In this document: positions 55,920 through 64,000 of the stretch, piece by piece
Numbering within the stretch: position 1 is the first letter of the stretch
Layout: each line of letters begins with the position of its first letter
Assembly: GCF_009914755.1 (NCBI RefSeq)
Contig: NC_060929.1
From: the human T2T-CHM13v2.0 reference genome, Homo sapiens
Length of the DNA stretch: 64,000 nt
Direction: 5' to 3' (one strand)
The notes under the pieces: model-generated
What the model was told of the DNA's origin: nothing
The model's database searches: none
What the model saw: the letters and a program-made list of their open reading frames with translations, nothing else
Program-made: the position numbers and the translations under genes

Positions 55920-57019
55920 AGTTTCTTTTAAAGAGCAAAAGTTTGTAATATGAATGAGATTCAATTTATCAATCTTTTTTTCCTATGGTTCATGCATTTT
56001 GTGCCTTTCAAAAAAATCCTTGCCTAACTCAAGGTTAAAAACAATTTTCTCTCATGATTTTTCTGGAAGTTTCATCATTTTAGTTTTTATATTTAAGTCT
56101 TTGGAAGTTTATTAACCATAATCTATATAACAGTTTGAATTTCATATTTAATTCTATAAATGTTTTTCAAACCACTTTTACACCCACACGAGTGGAAGTT
56201 ATATATATTAAATTCCTAGTGCCTCAATACTCTTTCTCTTGGATTCTTCTGTTAATGGATTACCTATGATATTGAAGGTTTTTCCTATGCCAGCATTAGC
56301 ATTCAATTTCTTTTTGAAATATATAAATATTGTGTGTCAATCACAGGTGTCTGATAGTGAGCAATAGAAAACAACTCCGCTTCTTTAAGTAATTTATTGG
56401 GAGAATATGAGGGAGCTGAAGAAACAGTTTTCACATAGAAGGAAACAGTTAGTTCCAAAGTGTCTTGGAAGTATGAACTGCTCCATTGTCTTGCCCAGTC
56501 AATTCCGTTGCAATAAGTGACCTGAAATCATCTTGCTCTCAGGATTGAAGCAGGTGGAGGAGCATACCTTTTGTCGCTTGCCTTAAGATTCAAATTGGAG
56601 GTTAGAAGAAAGCTAAAAAATAAAAACTGTCAACTGACGTGGCTTGGTCATATGCCCACTCTGGCTAGGAAGCATACCTGAATCAACAGCCTCATAAGAC
56701 TATAGACTATATTCAATGAATAAAGATCATTCCCTGAAAGAAGTTTTGGACACTAATACCTAAAGGTGGGATGGGAACTGGGAAGCCCCAGACTACAAAG
56801 TTCTTGATATACAGCCTATTGCCTTAAAACTCTCCTTTTGGCTCCTGTGTGTGCATGCTCGCATGTGTGTTTGTGTTTTCACTTCGATTTTGTAAGTGAA
56901 AAGCAAAATGATTTGTAAATAGGTACATCTGTCTAAATGATCAGCCTGGTCCATATTTGTCATGAAAAACCAACTGGCAGTTCAGTTTTAAGACAGACAA
57001 CACACACTAGAAAAGGAAA

Positions 57020-57190
57020 GAACTGGGATCCGGGAAACCTATGCCAGTTCCATCTCTGGATATTAGCTATTTGTGGGATCTTGACAAGTCTTTTAATCTG
57101 TTTGAATCTAAGTTTCCTTAAGTATAGAACAAATTATCCAGCTACATTATATCTAAGTCCCTTTTTGCTCTAAAATTCTGTAATTCTAAG
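57020..57190 (+). mobile_element. MIR3-like
   Basis: 'agctatttgtgggatcttgacaagtcttttaatctgtttgaatctaagtttcc...gctctaaaattctgt'. Confidence 0.6.
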
Positions 57191-57276
57191 GATGCCATCT
57201 GTATAAATGTTATCTGTTCTTTTGTTAAGAACAGTACTTGTAATAAGAAAACTGAATACACAGAGAAATACATAAA

Positions 57277-57434
57277 CACGTTGCCAGACAAAATACAGGT
57301 AACTCAACTACATTTTAAATTTCAGATACACAATAAACAAATTTCAGACATTCTAAAAATATTAGTTGTGTACATGTGAAATTCAAATTTAACTGGCTGC
57401 TCTGTATTTTTACTTGCTCAACTTGGCTACCTTA
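57277..57434 (-). mobile_element. MER53 hAT MITE
   Basis: Inverted arms 'gttgccagacaaaatacagg...ttttaaatttcagata' / 'tgaaattcaaatttaactgg...ctgtattttt...ttggctacctta'. Confidence 0.8.
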
Positions 57435-59099
57435 AGGCAGTCCATCAGATATAGCTTATACGCAGCGCACAGGGAAGGAATTCATAAGCAGGAAAAATTA
57501 CACACAGGTTCTTGAAATAGCATTTTTACATGCTTCTTTGTTAATTGTACCTATAGCAGTTTTAGTATAATTTCTCAATTGAATTTACTAAATGAAATAA
57601 CATTCTATATCTTGATTATAAGACTGTCTTAATTTGGTCCCTTTTAACAATGAATTTTAATTCAAGAAACAATTTCTCATTGAACTACATGAATGAATTT
57701 CCTAATTGTACCCATCATAGACAAGCTCATATTAGGCCTTCACCTGGGGCATATAAGTATTTTTCTAGGGAGCTTAATGGCTTGCTGGTTGAATGAGTAT
57801 TTTTTGCCTTGTTGAGAATTGAGGTTTACTTTATCACTAAAACCCACTGGCTTTCTTAATCTCCTTTTTTTGTCCTCCTGTACCTATTAATCACACAGAA
57901 CTGCTTATTCTTCATCATCTTGGCTTTGATGGATACTTCATGTAATAAGTCCCAACCTTCAGCACTGAGTAATTACTTGGGGACTCCTACTTATAAAAGT
58001 TCAATAACTATACAACAGCGATACTGTTGATATATGAGCTCTTTTTCTTTCTTGCTTTCTCAACTACATGTACCGAAATGACAGAATGTCTTTATTTTGC
58101 CTCTGTAATTTGCAATTGCTTATGTTAACTTTGACATCTAATGCATGGGAGCTAAATCTGAGCAAGGACTTCTGATTTGTAAGTCATAATCTAGGTGTTT
58201 GAAGGCATGCATGCTTTTAAAGCCAAAATTTAATTTGTTGACAGGAGTAAATTCTCGTTTGTTAAGGCTCTGAAGTGGTAAGTACATATAGTAATCTCCC
58301 TTAACAATCTATGGCTTTGCTGTCAGAAAATGTACCAGTTCAGATCCAAAGCAGTAAAATGAAAATACTGATTGACTGGCTGCTTAGAAAAAAGAAGGGA
58401 AACAAAAGACCATCACTTGAGTGCATTAGAACTCAATCCAAATGTAAATGAATTTTGTGATGGTGATGTGGAGAGGATATGAATCTTATAAAATAGACCT
58501 TCCTAGTGGTTTGGTAAGCAAATTGAAAATTCCACAGTTCCTTCACTAAATATATTTTTGAAAATCACAGCCAGGAGAAAATGTTGGGGGTTGCCTATTC
58601 ATATATTTCCTGCACATATTTAGTCAAATAGATGTTTTATTTATCTAAACTTCTCAGTCTATGAAGAGCTTTTTTTTTTACATATTCTCCAGAGTCTTAT
58701 TTTTTTCTCATGTATATAATATAGTAATTAAGTCTATTTTAAAAATGTTAACATCAAACTTTAATAAGCTTCTGTTTCTACTCCTATAAATTTAGTTTAT
58801 ATATTATTTTTGTTATGTTGATTTTTCTGGACACTTTTTTCATGCAGGACTAAAAGAAGGGAATAAGAACCTTATTTTTCACCCTTATTAAAGGCATATT
58901 GTTTCACGCCCTCCAAAATGATGTCACACCCTGGGTTTCCCTCCTAAGATTTCCATGAGTTAGTAGAATTTTTTCATGAAGTTTCCTGTCTCTCACTGTA
59001 TGCCTCATCAATCAAAACTTACCTGATACCACGAGTCCGAGTCACTCAAAGTCTCACTAAGTAGCTAGTTAAAAGTTTATTCTTGAGTTTTTCAATTTC

Positions 59100-60197
59100 T
59101 TTTATCTCCACAGACATCTCCTTTCTTCAACTGACCTCATCTCTTGCTTGGACCACTGAAGCAGAAGCAGGCTTCTAGCAGCCTCTCTGTTGCCACCATC
59201 TTTCCTTTCCATCCATTCTCCAAAAAGCAACCTAAGCGATCATCCCAAGGCCCACAAGGCCCTGTATGAGCAACTTTTGCCTGCCTCTTCAACTACAAAG
59301 GTATAATTCCTGAAATATTAAAAAAATTTACAGTGAGTATGTGTCAACCATTTATTTAACTCATTAATTAGAAAACCCATGGGGTAACAAAGTTGATTTA
59401 AAGAAATACGTAAGACACAAATACATTTAAGATGAATAGAAAACTAAAAGCAAAGAAAGCAGGAATAAGAATGAAAAGTTAGTTAACCAAATGAAAATGT
59501 TGGTTATGTACTACAGAGAAATTTAAAATGTAGCCTTTGGGATTATCTGCTCTACTAACCAAAAACCAGTTTATCCATTTTCTATAAATTAATATCTAAC
59601 TCTACAAAGATGTAAAATGCCTGGGCTTTAATTGATGGATAATGGTAAGTGAGTAACAGTCCCCAAGAATCAGATGATTCTTGGGCAGCTTGCTAGATCA
59701 CGTCCTAGAGGACTGAGAACATCACAGTCTTCTTTATGCCTTATATTCTTAATTATCAAAACTCATAGCACTCTACCCTTTGGTCACCAGGGCTCTCACT
59801 ACATTGCTCTCTTTTCCACTTCTTTAGGCTTTTATACTTATTACTCCCTGTGCCTGAAATGTTTACCGAATTTCTCAGATCAAACCTCTCAGGTAGTCCT
59901 TCTTTCAATAGCTTCTTTCAAGAGAGAGGGATTTAGCTATCCCATAGCTTATTATTTAGCTACCTCACCCCTTACCCACGGCTCATTCACCCTGTAGATC
60001 ATCATCCTTTTTCTTTATTCTTCAGCAGTGTTCAAAATCTGCATGTATGTATATATATGTATTTATTTATTTTCTTACTAACATGTAAGCTATATGAGGC
60101 CAGAGCATCATCTCTCTGGTCATTAATGTATTTCCCTTCCAAGAAAAATTACTACTCATGGTAAGTGCTTGATAATTACATGTTAAATGAATGAATG
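59100..60197 (+). mobile_element. L2 3' region, interrupted by an LTR
   Basis: 'tcatctcttgcttggaccactg', 'cccacaaggccctgtatga', tail 'tgttaaatgaatgaatg'. Confidence 0.65.
59300..59758 (-). mobile_element. LTR37-like ERV1 solo LTR
   Basis: 'cagtgagtatgtgtcaaccatttatttaactcattaatta'. Confidence 0.45.
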
Positions 60198-60499
60198 TCT
60201 AAAGATTGTCATAGTACACTTTTTAAGAGTTTGAGATTTTATTCAAATTGTATCTGAATAAGGGCTGCCAATATATTTGTTCAAAGAAGGCATACCAGCA
60301 TTTGATTTACTGGAAATAGAGGAGTTTCAATGCCTGACACATTATACCTCGAATGTCAGGGCTTCCCTTCAGGTCAGCATGGTCGAAGCCTGAAATCCTT
60401 CCTGAAAATATATTTCCAAAGATCTGATCTTACAATCAAAATCCCCTGTCCTTGACTATTTATGAGATCCCGTGTGGTACTGTCAGTTATCACAATGGC

Positions 60500-60655
60500 T
60501 TGCAGCCCTTGTTAAAGATGTAGGTTTCTTCCTTCCACCACCCTCAGGAACGATCCCTAGGCAGAGTGCACCTAGAGCTCAGGAATTTTCATTTGAAATA
60601 ACAACTAGGGATTCTGACAGTGGCAGTCTATGGACCACATGTTGGGAAACACTGG
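60500..60655. mobile_element. MER5/MER117-like hAT fragment
   Basis: 'ctcaggaattttcattt...gattctga...ggaccacatgttgggaaacactg'. Confidence 0.5.
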
Positions 60656-61679
60656 TCTAGAAAACCCAAATTTCAAGTTGTCTGCCTGGATATTTGTATG
60701 TCATTTCAAGATTTGCAAAACATAAATCTGGAAAAACCTTTTTTTGGGAGACTGATTCCTAAGCACAACGTGCTGTAGTGATCTATCACACATTCTGATC
60801 AGGATCAATAAAGAATGCATAATTACTTAGACTAGGATGAAAGGTTTGCATAGTCTGCAAAGCTTAGGTAAGAGCTGCACTAGCAATGAAAGACTTTTAA
60901 AGTTCAAGGCTGCTTAAGGGACTTTGTCAACATCCTACTGATTTTTTAAATGAATTTCAGTATCTAATTTGAAGATATCAAGGCACTTCTGTAATAAATT
61001 TTGGTAAAACATGATAAAACCTGAAGAGTCTGTTATAAAGTTTCCTCTGTTTGCTGTTCATAACCTTGCCTCACGCAAGTTCAGATGGATAGATAACATC
61101 TGAATAACTCACAAGCCTTAGTGAGAATCTAGTTGCTCCTTATGACATTGTTGCTGAGAAAGAACACACAGGAAAATACATCACATACTCATGTCCCTGC
61201 TCCCACATAGACTGTGGGGTGTCTGACCTAGTGTAAAAGATGGAAATAAATAACTGCATGATCTCACTCAAGGATACTTTATTTTCAATTAGCAGTACCT
61301 AACACAAAATAAGAGGATGCAAAAGAAAAAAAATTAGTTTTACCTCTTACAACTATTGGACTAGACTAACCTGGAGTTAACTCTAACCCTAAAGCTAAAA
61401 GAAGGCATGGGGTGCTCAGAAGCAGGTGAAGAATCCTAAAGGAAAGTCTATGAGCATCTTCTACCTGAGAGGTGTTGGCCAATGAAAGACCCAACTTTCA
61501 CTGTCTGATTCTCAATTCTTCTAAAAACTGTTGTTGGGGTAGCTGTTTTGGTTAGCTGATTAGTTGATTCAGAAAAACGATCATTCTAGTTTCGCTGAAT
61601 TGGCTCGATGTTTCACCAAATGGGTAAATCTGGTAGATATTTTGGTGCCTAGGGACAAACTTCAAATATAAAGAAAGTT

Positions 61680-61850
61680 GTATGGCATAGTTGAAATGGG
61701 GCTAGACTAAGGTTTGGGATACCTAGATTATTGTCCTAGTTTTGATACTGACTAGATCTATAATTATTTTACTGTCAATTCATGTCTCTGGCCCAGAGTT
61801 TTATCATCTGTGCAATAATGACAAATGATCCCTGTGGCACTATAAGTTCA
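61680..61850 (+). mobile_element. MIR3-like
   Basis: 'tatggcatagttgaaatgg...acctag...tctctggcccagagttttatcatctgt'. Confidence 0.55.
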
Positions 61851-61859
61851 CAAGTTGTT

Positions 61860-62768
61860 TTCATATGCACTAATTTATTTGATATACATAAAAATCCCAG
61901 AAAGAAATATGACATGCATAATTATTATTCCCCATGTTATAGATAAGAAAACTAGGGGTTCTGCTTCTGATTATAACTGAGTAGTTCCTACTAAAGTAAC
62001 TCTTCTGCAAATAGAAAGTATACACTCTAAGCAAAATATTAAAAAAAACCCAGCTATCCAAAGGCACTAGGCGTTATCTCATAGCAAGCTGATCCTGGAA
62101 GAAGATGAACACTTGCATGACAGAAACAGCATAAGAGGAGTTTCCCACCTTTTATGGCTTTCAGCCTGAGGTGAGACTTCAGATTAATCAGGGGCAACAA
62201 CTAAGACTCAAATAGAAGCCTATCATCTTACTGGCTTAAAGACAGAGTACAGATCCAGTACAACCATAGAAGCTGAAAAGTGAAGGAGAAAATCCTGGAA
62301 AAAGAAAGTTAGACAGGGAGAGCTCCAAATTCTGTGTCTGCCCAAATGTCTGGTAAATTCCAGAGTTATGCATGCATGAGACAGACTCTAAGCATTACAG
62401 CTTAGGCTAAAAAAACGGAACTGAATTTTCAGTTGTTGACCATTGCAAGGGAGACAGAGTTTGAAGATCGAGATTTGCCTAATTAACTGCCTGGTTAAAA
62501 AAGCAATGAAACAAAAATTTATAATCTTCAGAGTAATATAAGAGAATCTGTAGTCTTTTCATTGGATAATTTGCAATGCCCAAGACATAATCCTAAATTA
62601 CTTTACACATGAAAAAACAGAAAATGTTATCCACAGGAGAAAAAGATTTTATAAATAAGGAAAGTAACATAAAGTCATGTAATTTAGCTAAGGTTTGATA
62701 GCTAGTGAAAACCAGTGCCAAACCTTGAAATCTGGTCTTCTAACTCTAAATCCCACTTTCTTTTCACT
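61860..62768 (-). mobile_element. MIR split by an L1 5'-end insertion (pieces ~61860-61954 and ~62649-62768)
   Basis: 'attattccccatgttatagataagaaaact' and 'taatttagctaagg...gctagtgaa...tggtcttctaactctaaatccc'. Confidence 0.65.
61955..62646 (+). mobile_element. Old L1M 5' UTR fragment reaching the ORF1 start
   Basis: Starts 'ggggttctgcttctg'; ends 'taaattactttacacatgaaaaaacagaaaatg'. Confidence 0.6.
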
Positions 62769-62929
62769 TCTTTAAATCTGTTCCATCTCTAAAATTTTAT
62801 GTCAGTGTGATATATTTCTTCCAATTCAATAAAAATATCTTGCTCTGATTAAAGCTGGTCAAAAAAGTACTAATCATTAATACTGTTACCGTAAAAGCAT
62901 ATTTCAAAATACTCATTTTATGTGTTCTC

Positions 62930-63398
62930 CCCAAATTCTGTCCATTGTGTAACCATTTATCTTCTTTGCCTTGCTAATTGCAGTCCAGTTTTGTTCAGTC
63001 TGGGATATCATTCAACTAAATGCTGTACTAACTTTCCTAGCCTCCTATGCAGTTATGGGGTGCCATGTAGCCCAGTTCTAGAAATAAAGACATAAATAGA
63101 AATCGGTTATTTATGAAACTTTTACTGACACTGTTCTCACTCACTTACTGCATTGAAAATAGACATTACATCTGGTCTACAAAAGGAACAGTCTTTTAAC
63201 CATGATGTAAAACACCTGGGTAGAGCTAGAATATAAAAGATTCTTAGTCTCTAATATCAAATCTAAGCATGTGAATCAATGACAGCAAATGCCTTCCTCT
63301 AGACTGTTTGTTATGTGAGGTAAACAAAACCTAATTTGCTTCATTGACTGTAATGAAGAATTCTGTTGCTTGCAGCCAGATACATTCCAAATTGACAA
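62930..63398 (+). mobile_element. MLT1J/K-like MaLR LTR
   Basis: 'ctttcctagcctcctatgcagtta...gccatgtagcccagttct', 'ctagactgtttgttatgtgag', 'ttctgttgcttgcagcc'. Confidence 0.65.
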
Positions 63399-63637
63399 CT
63401 TCATAAGACAGATAAAACATGTATGGTCTCCTGCTTGAATCCTTGAAAGTCACTGGTGGTTCCTTTGTACTATATAAATCTAAGTATTATCTGCTTTAAG
63501 ATGAGCTGTAGCATTTCATGGGCAAAACCAGAAACATTATATTAAATGTTCATATATTTTATAAGACCTAGGTTTATTTTAGCAATGTTAAAATGTGTGT
63601 GTGTGGGCTTGGCAGGTAGGGGGAGTATTGCTTAAAA

Positions 63638-64000
63638 TGACAATGAGCTACCACCACACACTAATTAGAATGTCTAAAAATTTTTTAAAACTTGGTAATA
63701 CAAATTGCTATCAATAATGAAGACAACAGAAACTGTGATTCATTCCTGGTGGGAATGCAAAATGGTAGCACCACTTTAGAACACAGTTTTATAGTTTTTT
63801 ATGATGCTAACCATACAGTCTTACTATACAATCTTGCAGTTGCACTCTTAGGTATACATCCAACTGATTTGAAAGCTATGTCTGCCCAAAAACCTGCATG
63901 TGAATGTTTATAGCAGCTTTTTTCCTAATCACCAAAAAGTGGAAGCAGCCAAGATGACCTTCAATGGGTAAATAAACTGATACATCCATACAATGGGATA
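63638..64000 (+). mobile_element. L1MC1-3-like ORF2 end/3' UTR (runs off the window)
   Basis: 'ctggtgggaatgcaaaatggta', 'aaaacctgcatgtgaatgtttatagcagcttt', 'ggaagcagccaagatg'. Confidence 0.85.

Larger units (their letters stand above)
50905..56100 (-). mobile_element. Old L1ME/L1MB-like host element(s) fragmented by younger L1 and Alu insertions
   Basis: Pieces at ~50905-51110, ~53118-53990, ~54285-54660 and ~55920-56100 carry reverse L1M 3'-end/ORF2 motifs; may be more than one copy. Confidence 0.6.

Noticed and set aside
59662-59685. 11-bp hairpin cccaagaatca-ga-tgattcttggg
   Set aside because: Too short for a pre-miRNA and lies within a probable LTR
60347-60420. 54-nt minus-strand exon-like segment (collagen-sized)
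   Set aside because: Weak donor (GTATAA) and no Gly-X-Y periodicity

Overview
AT-rich primate (human-like) genomic DNA made mostly of nested transposable elements: 12 Alu dimers plus one Alu monomer, L1 fragments from L1PA2 back to L1ME/HAL1, L2, MIR, MaLR/ERVL/ERV1 solo LTRs and hAT MITEs (MER3, MER53, MER96B, MER102). I cannot support any host protein-coding exon, tRNA, rRNA or CRISPR feature. The listed ORFs are Alu-, L1- or LTR-derived or chance ORFs, and the only recognisable protein is decayed L1 ORF1p/ORF2p. L1s are strongly biased to the minus strand, which suggests a long intron of a plus-strand gene. I found no convincing new biological system. The most interesting signals are retrotransposition and repair scars (nested twin-primed L1s, an Alu monomer with an inverted tail, template-switch hairpins, a TSD-flanked L1 5' end) and a PBX-HOX motif cluster in unique DNA split by an L1PA insertion. 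Subfamily names come from recalled consensus sequences and boundaries of old repeats are approximate; both should be confirmed with RepeatMasker/Dfam.
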